A stretch of DNA of 63,960 nucleotides, filler included, from Reclinomonas americana ATCC 50394 (taxonomy: Eukaryota), in the NCBI GenBank assembly GCA_048213135.1. It is 14 parts of 14 records of this genome, joined end to end, with 100 filler letters (N's around TTAATTAATTAA, not from the genome) between each part and the next. Parts side by side here need not be neighbours in the genome. Positions count along the whole stretch, not along the records: positions 36,307 to 40,360 come from AFZH01019733.1; positions 40,461 to 44,355 come from AFZH01019734.1; positions 44,456 to 47,905 come from AFZH01019735.1; positions 48,006 to 50,290 come from AFZH01019736.1; positions 50,391 to 63,960 come from AFZH01019737.1; 9 more parts are not named here. One strand, written 5' to 3'. This document shows positions 36,793-52,091 of this stretch, piece by piece; within the stretch, counting starts at the first letter, position 1; every line of letters starts with the position of its first letter. Position numbers and translations under genes: made by a program. Below the pieces are notes generated by a model that saw nothing but the letters and a program-made list of their open reading frames with translations, was not told the DNA's origin and made no database searches.

Positions 36793-39700
36793 ATGAACGT
36801 GCTGAACGCCATCTTCGGTGCCGTGGCGGGCGGCATTCTATACGCCGTGGTCCGTCGACTGACTCGCAAGAACAGCGCCGTGGCCACCCTCATGGCCTCG
36901 TTCTTTTGCTTGAGGTGGGAAGGCGTTCCCACACCTCCTTCATTCATCACTCACTCACGCATTCCTCGCAGTCCATTCGTGTGGGAGTATGCCGTGGCGA
37001 CTGAAGTGTTTACGCTGAACAACATGTTTGTGGCTGCGCTGTTGTGGTTGATGGTAGAGTTTGCGGCGGCTGTGGTCAACGAGAATGAGAGTTGAGTGGT
37101 GACATGGCAATGGGTTGTTGTTGCAGGGTGGCGACTCACTTATTTCTTCTCTTGGCGACAGCACGCATGGTGTCTCTGTCGCGGTGGGGAGCATTCGTGT
37201 GCGGCCTGGCCTTGTCAAATCAGCACACAATTGTCTTGTTTGAGGTGCGCGCGCTCACCACTGTTGTGTCGCGAAGGAGATGCCGATGAATAACAGCGGT
37301 GACGTGCAGCTGCCCATGGTGTTGTGGGTTCTCTGGCACATACGAGCTGTGATTGTGCGACGACCGTGGATCCTCCTGCAGTACACGGTGCTGATGGCAA
37401 TCGGGTTGCTGCCGTATGCGTACATGCCGCTGGTCACAATGTTCACCGATCCGGCAATCACGTGGGGTGAGATCGAGCACACCTGTTCAGCAATCTACAT
37501 TGCCCGCGCTCACGCATTGCAATGCAGGTCGCACGGACTTGCTGGACGGCTTCCTGCATCACCTGCTGCGGCGGGATTATGGCTCGTTTTCGCTGGTGCC
37601 CGGGCACGATCCGATCGCCACGGCACCGTCAGACGTGCTGCGCGGTCTGCACCACTTCCACAACCGACTGCAGAGTGTCACTCACGGTGTGGGTTCATTT
37701 CTGGCGGCCGGCGGTCTCTTCTTTGCCGTGTCGTACGGCGTGCGTGCCGTGAGCCGACCTCGATCGCCCGCATCGCCACCACTGGCCGTGGACGGTATCG
37801 ATCCGCTCTCGCCGGTCACAGAAACGGTGAGTGGTTGTCGTGCGAGCGCAACTCTCGCAACCTATGGCTACTCAGCACTCTGTGTGTGGCAGCCTGGTGC
37901 TGGTGGCAAGCAGACCGACTCGACTGCCACGGCAACGGATGAGGTGTGCCACAAAGAGACAAGCTCTGCGTGTTTACCTCTCTCTTCTGACTGTCACGAT
38001 CCTCCAGAAATCCACACATCGCCGGCTCGTGGTCACCGTGCTGCCGGCGCTGCTCAGCATGCTCCTGCTGTACATGCTCTTCTTCTGCTGGCGCATGAAT
38101 GCCAACATGAACAACGCAGTGATGACCGAGATCCTCAGTCGGTTCTGGATGCAGCCGATCATGGCCACGCTGCTGCTGAGTGCCATTGGTGCCAGTGCCA
38201 TGTTTGACCTGGTCGCTGATCGGCTGGCACAGCCGCGCGGTCGTCGCGCACTGATTGCTGTGTGCGTGGTACTGGTGGTGGCCATGTGTGTGGCGCACAC
38301 GTATCGCGAGTGGCATGTGGTGCGTCCGTCATCAATAGCTCATCGCGCATGGCATCGCACTCATTCGTTGCCACAAGGTGGACCGCTCCGATCGCACCGT
38401 GTTTGTCGACTTTGGCAAGGAGCTCTTGCGCCCGCTTCCCGCCGGTGCCATCTTGCTCAACTCGGGCGACATGGTGACGAACAGCGCGCGTTATGTGCAG
38501 ACTTGCGAGGGCTACCGCACCGATGTGCACGTCATCAACATGGCGCTGATGGAGATGGAGTGGTACGTGCAGCTGGAGGCGCCGCGACGAGCGCCCGCTG
38601 TCGTCTTCCCCGGGAGCAAGTGGAGTCGGCATGAGGGTGTGCCGGGCGCGTTTACCACGTCGCAGTTTATCGCGGCCAACATTGATCGGCAGGAGGTGTG
38701 GGTGCAGCATTCGCCGATTGCCCTGACGACTGGTGAGGCGAAGGGGGAAAGGAGAAGGGGGAGGAATGGGGAAAGGGGGTTAAAGGGGAAGGTGGAAGAG
38801 AGGGGTGGAAGGAGGTGGAAAAGGGGAAATGGGGAAGGGGAGAACGGACGAGTGAGAGAGAGAGAGAGAGAGAGAAAGAGAAGAAGAGGAGAGGAGTACA
38901 GTGCAGACTGAGCAGCGTAACGAAAGTGAAGAGAGCGAAAACGGGCAGAGAAAGAAAGGAATGGGAAGAAGAGCAGTGAAGGTGTGGACGAAGAACGACG
39001 GCGGTGAGGATAGTGAGAGGAGCGAGAAACAATCTGTGAGAGACAGAACAGCAGGGAAAGACCGGATAAAGAATGACGAGAGAGAAGACGATGAGTGAAG
39101 GTGCAAGAAAAGAGGAGTGGGGAACACGTGACACTGCATAATGATGTATGGTAAACGGAGTGGGAATGGAATGTGAAAGAAAGGAGAAGAGCGAGGGAAC
39201 AAGTAGCACAGAATAGAACACATAAAGACAGAGCGAATAACGACGAGAACAACAATCGAAGGGCGGGAACGTGGAGAAGTATGCAGCGAAGTTGACAACT
39301 CATTGTGAAAGAAAAAGCTCTGTTCACCGCCTTCTGATGTCACGATTCGCAGACCGCACATGGACGGTGGACTACCGCGTGAGGCCCGTCGGCCTGGCGC
39401 AGCGAGTTGTCAAGTCCGACGATCCACTCGACGTGGAGTCGTGGTGGGCACAATACAAGGTACGACGATGCGTGCTCTCTCGTCTGTCGCTCAGCGCAGC
39501 CCTTACATGTCCCCGGCTGCCAGGATGGCATCCGATTCAAGGGCCGCAAGCTGATCCTGCCTGCCGATCGCGCGCCGTCGGGATCGTGGGAGAGTTGGGT
39601 GCGCCAGAATGTGATGTTTTCGGCGCAGAGTCGAGCGGCATTCGTGCTGGAGGTTTGTTTTTCCACCGACAGTCAGCGTCTCCATCGTCAGTGTCTCCTC

Positions 39701-40048
39701 ACGTCTCCGTAATGGCAGCATGCACGTCCACTGTCACACGGAACACCACTCCGCATTGAGATGCTGCAGGCGGCAGCCAGCGAACTGGAGCGCGTGTGCA
39801 CGATCTGTCTCGTCGACCCGCAGTTTGCCGCCACCGAGCCGTACAAGCATCGCGACATTGCGGTGGCGCACTTTGAGATTCACACCGACAAGGTGGCGCC
39901 GGCGCAGTTGCGCAGCGAACACGGGCGGTTAGCACTGCAGCACTTTGAGGTGTACGCCGGCGCACCCAACGTGGAGCAGCGTGGCGACACGCAGTTGCCA
40001 CTGATCCGGCAGGCTGTGGAGCAGCTGCGAGGATTGTATGCTCAATGA
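36793..40048 (+). CDS. TMEM260: TMEM260 / DUF2723 protein O-mannosyltransferase (multi-exon, 5' partial)
   Basis: WEYAVATEVFTLNN, GLALSNQHTIVLF, TWG..DGFLHHLLRRDYGSFSL, RFWMQP and LPAGAILLNSGDMVTNSARYVQTCEGYRTDV. Confidence 0.9.
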
Positions 40049-40279
40049 AAAGGGAAAGCGTAAAATCTCTTCCAATCCTAGCTCTCCTGTTTTTTACCAC
40101 ACTTTTTTTTTGACGCTCTTTGATCCACCACCGCGCCACCGAAAGGAAACGCGTGGTTCTCCTTCGCACATGCAAACACAAATCAAACACACACACACCG
40201 AATCCTTCTCTTTGTCACTCTCCCTCTCTCACACACACTCGCTCGCTCGCTGCGCGGCGGACAAGGCGGCAGCCGCTGT

Positions 40280-43836
<3,557 letters not shown>

Positions 43837-44526
43837 GTTGAGTGGGGAAAAGCAAACAAACACAAAAACGGAGTTGTGCGTGGACAGTTGCGGTGACAAT
43901 GGAAACGCGCGAGTACTGTCCACGTAACAAACACACACGCGCAAGCACGCACGCACAAGAGGTGAGACACACACAGAGAGAGAGAGAGTTTGTGTGTGTG
44001 AGAGAGGGAGAGAGCAGGAGAGAGTTCCTTGAGTGAATGCAACTCTCACTTGTGTGCTCTTGTGTGTGTGTGAGAAGAGAGTGAGAAAGAGAGAGAGAGA
44101 AAGAGAGACCAGTGTGTGAGAAAGAGAGTGTGCAAGTGAGAGCTGAGAGTGTTTGTGAAAGTGTCACACTGCATTCTCTCGCTCTCTCTCTCTCTCTCTG
44201 TTTGTGTGTGAGACAGAGAGCCTCTTGCACACACAAACGCACACTTGCACTCTTCCCACTCATGCACACCCTCTCCACTTATGCACACTCTCTCACTCTC
44301 TCTCTCACGCTTTCTCTCTCTCTCTCTCTCTCTCTCCACTCACTCTCTCTCTCTCNNNNNNNNNNNNNNNNNNNNNNNNNNNNNNNNNNNNNNNNNNNNT
44401 TAATTAATTAANNNNNNNNNNNNNNNNNNNNNNNNNNNNNNNNNNNNNNNNNNNNACTCTCTCTCCACTCGCTCTCCACTCTCTCACTCTCTCTCCACTC
44501 ACTCTCTGTCTCTTTTGTGCACCAGA

Positions 44527-46757
44527 ATGAACCGAGCTCTTGCCAACGCACGGCGCATGTTTGGGAGTGGCGGTGGTGCGCATCACCATCACGGAGGTGC
44601 GAGTGACTTGCACCTGCATGAGCCGGCCAAGTGGCACAAGTACACGGGACAGGCGTTTTGTGCGGTGATGTGGGCGTGGATTCTGTATCGAGCGAAGGAG
44701 GACGGACCGGTGGTGTTGGTGAGTCGAAAAAAGGAGAGAGAGAGGGAGGGAAAAGGGAAGGAGAGTTGATGCAGGCACGACTGCTCTCTTTCTCTCTCTC
44801 TGTCGGCACATTCACGCATGCTTTATGCAGCATGTTCTCTGCACGCACGCGCGTTTGCTGGATACAGCACGCTGTATTGTCTTTCTCCATTCATGCTTCA
44901 TGCAGAGCGTTCCTTCTGCGTGTTTCATTCTTGTTCGTGTTCCCGCATATGCATGTGCACTTCGTGTTTCCTTTGCACCGCAAGCTGTTCTCGTTCCACT
45001 CTTGCTCAGCGTGTTTGTCGTTCTTCTCAGCCATGACACGTGCATGCCCGCTTCATTCATGCTCGTGTTCTTCTTTCGTCGCGCTCGCGCACGCATGTAC
45101 ACTTTTGTGTTTCCTTTGCAGCACGCTGTTCTCTTTCCACTCTTGCCCAGCGTGTTTGTTGTTCTTCTCAGCAATGGCCGCTTCATCCGTGCTCATGTTC
45201 TTCTTGTCGTCGCGCTCGCGCACGCATGTGCACTTTTGTGTTTCCTTTCCACTCTTGCTCATCATGTTTGTCGTTCTTCTCAGCCATGACACGTGCATGC
45301 CCGCTTCATCCATGCTCGTGGTCTTCTTGTCGTCGCGCTCGTGCATGCATGTACACTTTTGTGTTTCCTTTGCACCGCAAGCTGTTCTCTTTCCACTTTT
45401 GCTCAGCGTGTTTGTCGTTCTTCTCAGCCATGACACGTGCATGCCCGCTTCATTCATGCTCGTGTTCTTCTTGTCGTCACACTCGCACACTGGATTCGTT
45501 CTGTTTCACACCGTTGGCATCTCGTTCAATCTTCTTCTTCCCGATGGCGTCCGCCTTTACTTCATGCTGCGTGCTCCCCCTTCCACCTTCTCTTCATGCG
45601 CATTGTTTCTTGGGAGAGAGGGGGAGAGCATTGCACGTCTTTTGAAACGCACAGAGGAGATTGTTCGTCTCGTGTTGCCGCACATTCGAGAGCATGTCGT
45701 AGACGACTGAGAAAGGATTGAGTCTTGCAACAGCGAGAGAAGTTAGCGTGTCTCGTACTGTCGCAATGTGGAGAGCATGCTTCGTGCAGTCGTATGCAGC
45801 AGCGACACAGAATGATCAGCTGAGATCACAGAGTACTTTCACGTCGTGGATGGAGAGCGCAGTGCTTTGTTGCTCGATAGGAGCGTGTCAGAGAAGAGCG
45901 CGCGCCGCGCGTTGAGAGCACGCGTCTGTCGAGGTACACAGCTGTGCACCATGTAACGGCGACGCGGAATGGTCAGCTGGGATTGGGGAGTTCTTTTCAC
46001 GTCTTGCACAGCAGAGCGCAGTGCTGTGTCTCGAGACGGTCGTGTCAGAGAAGAGCGCGCGTCTCGCACGTTGAGAGCCTGTCTCCCGCGATCGCTTGCA
46101 ATACCGAGGGGAGGGAGTTCGCTTCGATTGCCACATAGGGGCCACGTCTCGTCTTTCGAGATGCACAGCTATTCACAACGAAGTAGCGACGCAGAATGGC
46201 CAGATGAGATCGAAGACCTCTTTTCACGTCGTGCACAGAACAGTGCATCGCTGTGTCAGTGGAGAGGAGCGTGTCATAGAATTGTGTGTCGCACTTCCCA
46301 AAGGGGATCGAGTCTTGGAGAGGGAAAGAGAGTACGCGTCTCGCACTGCCGCATAGAGGAGAGAATGCACAGCCACACACAGTGCAGCAACGACGACTCC
46401 TATTGCTTTGTCACTCGCGAGGAGTGCACCGGAGAAGTCACTTGAGAGGCCAGAAAAGAGACAGGAAGACAGCGTCTTGAATCTGCGGTTCTGTTCTTGC
46501 GGCTCCTTCACATCATCCTTCTCCTTCTCTTCTCCTTCCACCTCTGACGGAGGACGACGATGCAAGCTGTGTCACGTACAAGAGGAGTGCCTGTTTCACC
46601 ACTTGAGAAGCGCGTCGAGCAGATAGAACGAGAGAGAGAGAGTCGTCCTTGCAAGGTGATCTCATCTCTCTTCCTTCTCCCCTTGCATCCACAGGGCCTC
46701 CGCCACCCGTGGGACCACGGCGACCACCACGACGACGCCGACGCAGGCCACCACTAA
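44527..46757 (+). CDS. NDUFB2: Mitochondrial complex I subunit NDUFB2 (AGGG); exons 44527-44718 and 46695-46757
   Basis: HEPAKWHKYTGQAFCAVMWAWILYRAKEDGPVVL|GLRHPWDHGDHH matches recalled plant/protist NDUFB2. GTGAGT donor and ACAG acceptor, in frame. Confidence 0.9.
44900..46340. repeat. Two arrays of complex tandem repeats inside the NDUFB2 intron
   Basis: CCACTCTTGCTCAGCGTGTTTGTCGTTCTTCTCAGCCATGACACGTGCATGCCCGCTTCA-type unit near 44996, 45137, 45249 and 45392. A second family (TTTCACGTC..CGTGTCAGAGAAGAGCGCG) near 45837, 45995 and 46222. Confidence 0.85.
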
Positions 46758-46894
46758 CCCATACGATCCACCCAACGCAAGAGACACACACAACTCGTCT
46801 CAAACACACAATGAACCACGGCGAGCAGCGCGTACGTGTATGTATATTGCACGCACGCCCCACTCTCTCTACAACAACAAGTCACCCAAGTCTA

Positions 46895-47446
46895 TCAGCG
46901 TCCATCGCTCATCTGTTGCTGCGCTTGCTGTGACACACACACACACACACGCACACACACACACACACACACACGCACACACACACACAAGAAAATGAGC
47001 GAAATGATCCGCATTTTCACCACATGCACAACCAGCCAACAAACCATTGCAGCCGTGCGTTGTGCATAGAGCACCTGATCGAGGTTGGGTGTGGGTGGCG
47101 GCGCCAGTGAGTCGCGATTGTTGTGAATGACTGGTGAAAGAGAGAGAGAGTAAGTCACACAGACACACACAAAAGGCATCTCGTTCTTTGTGTGCGCAAC
47201 AGTGAACAGCCAGTGCAAAGATGCCCGCCATCTTGATCAGTGTCAAGTTCTCCGGATCAAGCACCTGGGAACGAGTGAGAGTGAGAGAGTGTTTTGTGTG
47301 AGACATTTTCACACAAAGACACGCACCCACTCCTTTGCGCGTGTCAGCAATCCCTTGCTCTTCTCCGCCTCCACGGTAGTCGTGGTGGTGGTCGTTGTCG
47401 TTGATGACGAGGCGGAGGAGGCGGCTGCGGTCTTCTTCTTGCCCAT
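46895..47446 (-). CDS. Small single-TM protein (about 100 aa, 4 exons), possibly TOM5-like
   Basis: Spliced model MGKKKTAAASS..GLLTRAKEW|VLDPENLTLIKMAGIFALAVH|FIHNNRDSLAPPPTPNLDQVLYAQRTAAM|QAQQQMSDGR* with GT-AG introns in frame. Confidence 0.5.
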
Positions 47447-47833
47447 TGTGTGTGTGTACAGTACGTATACGTATACCCCAGGAAAAGGAAATTTCGATAA
47501 GACGTTGAGCTCGAGCTCGAGGGGTGACGGTAAGAGAACGGGAGGCAAGAGAAGAAGAGAATGGGACCAGAGAAGAGAGAGATGGGGGACCAGAGAAGAG
47601 AGAAGAGAAAACACTTACCACACAGTTTGCTTCTGCGCATGGGAGAAAAAGTGAGTTAGCCATCCGCCTCGTTCCACTATTCGCTTCCCCCACCCCGTCA
47701 CACGCACACGCACACACACACACATAGAGAGAGAGTGTGTGTGTGTGTGAAGGAAAGGAAGAGTTGCGACGAATTATGAAGTCGACAGCTGCATCATGCA
47801 TATCCGGCAGAGAGAGAGAGAGAGAGACACCAC

Positions 47834-47865
<32 letters not shown>

Positions 47866-48181
47866 GGAGGAGGGAGGGAGACACAGAAACAGTGAGGGGT
47901 AGAGANNNNNNNNNNNNNNNNNNNNNNNNNNNNNNNNNNNNNNNNNNNNTTAATTAATTAANNNNNNNNNNNNNNNNNNNNNNNNNNNNNNNNNNNNNNN
48001 NNNNNGGTGTTGAGCAGGGGAGGGGGTGTGAGGTGGACATCCCAGTCACGATTAGAACTGACCTGTTGCGAGGGCTTGTGTGGTGCTCAGCATCCTTCGT
48101 TGATGCACGCGTTCGCGGCCGCCGCCGTGACTGGGACTGCATCTGTGCACACCGGTGCCGTCAGCCAAGTGCAGCGAAGAA

Positions 48182-49200
48182 TCACTGGAACAGTTTCTCC
48201 GCACTGCTACTGATCTCTCCCGTATTCCTCCTCTTGGTGTGCGGCTGGTAGCTGCCTTCCGAGTCTGAATCCGAGCCCTTCTCTGATGCTGATGGCTCAG
48301 AGTCCGATGCGGATTCCGACGCCAGATCTAGAGGACGCTCACGCTTCCTCCCTCCAACGGTCTTGCCACTCTTCTTGCCCACTGTGCCACCCGTCTTGCC
48401 ACCCTTCTTGCCACCGGGGCCACCCTTCTTGCCACCCTTCTTGCCACCCTTCTCGCCCACTGCGCCACCCTTCTTGCCGCCCTTGTAAATGTCGGCATCA
48501 TCGTCCTTCTCCTCCACCACCTTCAGACTGTGCAGTGCGATGGTAAAACCGCGGCCGGAGCTTCCGTCGCGAGGCACGGGTATGTTGCACAGCGGGCACT
48601 CGGTGTTGCTGCAGACGAGTTCCTTTTTCGGGCCAGCCGTTCGCCACGTGCCGCACGCCACGCAATATCCAGTCGAGCCGGCCTCGCTGACCTCCCTCCG
48701 CAGCCATCTAGCAAACGACGCATCGTGCTGTGCACACACTCTTGCCTTGGCTTCCTGTAAGTGATCGAATGAACGAAGAAGATCGAAGAGAGCATGCTTG
48801 CGTGAGTATGTGCACAATACCACACGATTGGCCAGCAACGAGGAGACGTACGCACCACTGACTTCATGTCATGTCGTTGGGCGCCGAATCCCGACCTCTG
48901 CAGTTTCATCACGTTGTCGACACTGAGCAGTCGCTGCAGTAGCGCAAGCCCGTCGTCGCCCACTGCGACGAATTTCTGTCGCTGCGACATGTCTGCATGT
49001 CGGACCGCAGGTCCTCAAATTCGTCCTGGCGCGCAGCAAAAGATCCCGCCCCACTGAGCCACCATGCGGCTTCCCCTATATCCCGTCCATGTCACCGACG
49101 ATGTTGCACCCCTTCGGCAAGAGCGATAGCGAATTGCCTGCTCAAGACAGCCACAGCAGCTGGAGGTGCGCGACAGGGTCGTGGTTTCTCGTAGAGAAAC
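48182..49200 (-). pseudogene. Degenerate Fanzor/TnpB-like RuvC-zinc finger nuclease gene with one intron
   Basis: REVSEAGSTGYCVACG...LVCSNTECPLCNIPVPRDGSSGRGF follows the Fanzor/TnpB pattern (VxExxTSxxCxxCG..CxxxC..RDxNxxxNI). Putative intron at 48855-48797. An 8-nt frameshift near 48995 and a TGA at 49094 disrupt the upstream part. No clear RuvC-I DPG. Confidence 0.5.
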
Positions 49201-49819
49201 GTCAGAATTAGACATCTTGACTTTGTTTGTTCTGTTTGCGAGCTGTCTTGGTTTCTGATACCCAAACAAGATGGTGATCATCATGCAGCTGTGTTGCTGT
49301 TTGGATTAGTAAAGTTGTTGTTGTTGTTGTTGTTGTTGTTGTTGCAAGTACCCGAAAGTCGTCCCGCGCGCTGCGCTCTGTCGACTTGTCGGGTTCGCGA
49401 TCGTGATCGGAATTCGAACCCGGCGGCCGGGTTTCGCGTTCTCCATGTCTAGGTTTTCCAGGGCGCAGTCGAGGAGCCGCTGACATCGCGAGGTTCCCCG
49501 TTCCCGACTTTTCAGTTCGCGTGTTCCCCGTCCTCAGCGCGCAAAAAGGCTGCTCCAGCTTCATCCTGTCATGACAGCCAAAAGTTGTCGCGCTGGCTCA
49601 TTTGACCCGTTTGTGAGTAGTCCAGAGCGTTGGCAACCACCTTTGTTGCTCTCACTCTTCTTGTTGTGCATCTCCCTCACATAGGGCGCGTAGCTGCCGT
49701 CAGCATCCTTTTATACACCCCTGTGAACGCAGCTGTTATATATAACCTATGGGAGAACGGGTAGCTCTTGTAAGTGCGTGGCAACTCTTTTCAGTTCTAC
49801 ATGTGCTTGTGTGGTTGTA

Positions 49820-50161
49820 ATGGCGTCTGACACAAGTTGCATCATCACGCCGCGCAGTTGAGAGTGGTTGTTGTGCGTCGAATGTATTTGTCGACGTTGT
49901 TCTCGTTTGTTTTGCGTGCGTTGTGGTTGCTGACTGTATCTCTCCTGTTTGTGCACTGTCGCCAGACATGACGAAGGTGTGTGCATGCGATTTTCGCATG
50001 CTTGTTTGCTGGCCGTGGAGTGTTGACAAGAGGTGACGCACCCTCCCACGCAGGCTGGATACGGTGGCGAGGATGCTCCACGCGCCATCTTTCCTACAGT
50101 TGTTGGGCGGTTTGTGTTTTCACCGTGCAAAAAGCCGATCGCGATTCGAGAGGCATTCCTG

Positions 50162-50213
<52 letters not shown>

Positions 50214-50508
50214 GTACGTACGTACGGTCGTACGGTACGTACGTACGTACGGACGTACGGACGAACGGTAACGGACGGAAGGTAAGGTAANNNNNNNNNN
50301 NNNNNNNNNNNNNNNNNNNNNNNNNNNNNNNNNNTTAATTAATTAANNNNNNNNNNNNNNNNNNNNNNNNNNNNNNNNNNNNNNNNNNNNCGTCGTACGT
50401 ACGTACGTACGTCGTACGTACGTACGTCGTACGTCGTACGTCGTACGTACGTACGTACGTCGTACGTACGTACGTACGTACGTACGTACGTACGTACGTA
50501 CGTCGTAC

Positions 50509-50597
<89 letters not shown>

Positions 50598-51730
50598 GCG
50601 CACAACAGCACAAGCGCCGGTGAAGCGCGCGTGGGTGACCATGCATATACCATTGGCATTCTGACCCTGAAATCGCCCTTCGAGCAAGGATTTGGTAAGC
50701 GAGTGCATTTGATCCATCATGTGCTATGCATGGATAACAATTCTGTTTTGTCACTCTACTTGCGCAGTGACAAACTGGGACACCATGGAGAAAATCTGGC
50801 ACCACACATTCTTTAGCGAGCTGCGTGTGCCTGCGGAGGAGCACCCCGTGCTTCTCGCCGAACCTCCACTGAACCCGAAGTGGGACCGCGAGAGGAGTTG
50901 CGACTCACATTATATGCGCATTCGCAGTTCGTCTCTCTTCTCGCCTCATGTGGTTTGCGTTATTGGCCGCGCAGTGACCAGCACCATGTTTGAGACCTTC
51001 AACGTGCCAGCCATGTTCCTGCAGAACACGGGCGTACTGTCGCTGTACTCAAGTGGTGGCATCACCGGCATCGTACTCGACTCTGGCGACGGAGTGACGC
51101 ACAGCGTGCCAGTCTACGAAGGCTACGCGGTGCCGCATGCCATCCAGAAAGTGCCGGTTGCCGGTTGCGACGTCACTAACCACATGAAAAGGGTGAGTTC
51201 CGATTTGCATGCACATGTGTCCGTGGGCGTGCGCGTGTGCGTGGGGACTTGCATGTCTTGTGCGTGTGTGTGTTAGCATTTCGTCTGATCTGCCACTGAC
51301 TGGATACATGGTTTTGTGCTTTGCAGCTCCTCACCGAGCGCGATTACGATTTTGAGCCCAGCGCCGCGAGGGGCATCAAGGACAAGTTGGCATACGTGGC
51401 ACTTGAGTTTGAGGCCGAGAGGAGGAAGTCGAGACTGACGCACAACTGCGAGAAGACATACGAGATGCCTGACGGTCAGGTTATCACTTTGAACGCGGAG
51501 CGCTTCTGCTGCGCCGAGGTCATGTTCCAGCCGTCGATGATTGGCGTGGAGCAGCAGCACGGTGTTGACCAAGTGACCTTCGACTCGATCCAGCTCTGCG
51601 ACGGCGACATGCACAAGGATATGTTCGCCAACGTCGTATTGGCTGGTGGCAACACCTTGCTCGATGGTGCGTTTGTGTGCTCTCATGAATGTTTTCTATA
51701 GCGATATAGATCTTACTCTGTGCTGCGCTG

Positions 51731-51762
<32 letters not shown>

Positions 51763-51988
51763 CTCTCCGAATACATATACAGGATTTTCAGAGCGCCTGC
51801 AGAAGGAGCTGACTTCTCGCGCACCGGCGGCCACGAGGGTAAAGATTGTCGCACCTCCAGAGCGTGCGTACTCGGCCTGGATCGGGGGGTCTATTTTGTC
51901 ATCACTATCCACGTTCCAGACGATGTGGATCACCAAGGACGAGTTTATGGAGGAGGGCCCGAGCATTGTGCACCGCAGGTGCGCTTGA
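49820..51988 (+). CDS. Divergent actin / actin-related protein (multi-exon, spans a gap; start uncertain)
   Basis: [76 protein letters not shown] and [36 protein letters not shown]. Confidence 0.93.
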
Positions 51989-52091
51989 TTTCAGCAATCC
52001 TATCCATGTACAATCACTGCAAATGTGGAGAGGAAATCGAAACAATCATGTTGTATTCGTCAACATTCCCATGCGATGAACGCATTCCGCC

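Noticed and set aside
44900..46340. Repeat arrays as possible CRISPR-like arrays
   Set aside because: The units are long and degenerate, the sequence between them is also homologous with no unique spacers, they are intronic, and no cas genes are present.
46690..46770. Minus-strand hydrophobic peptide YGLVVACVGVVVVVAVVPRVAEALW
   Set aside because: It is the antisense shadow of NDUFB2 exon 2.
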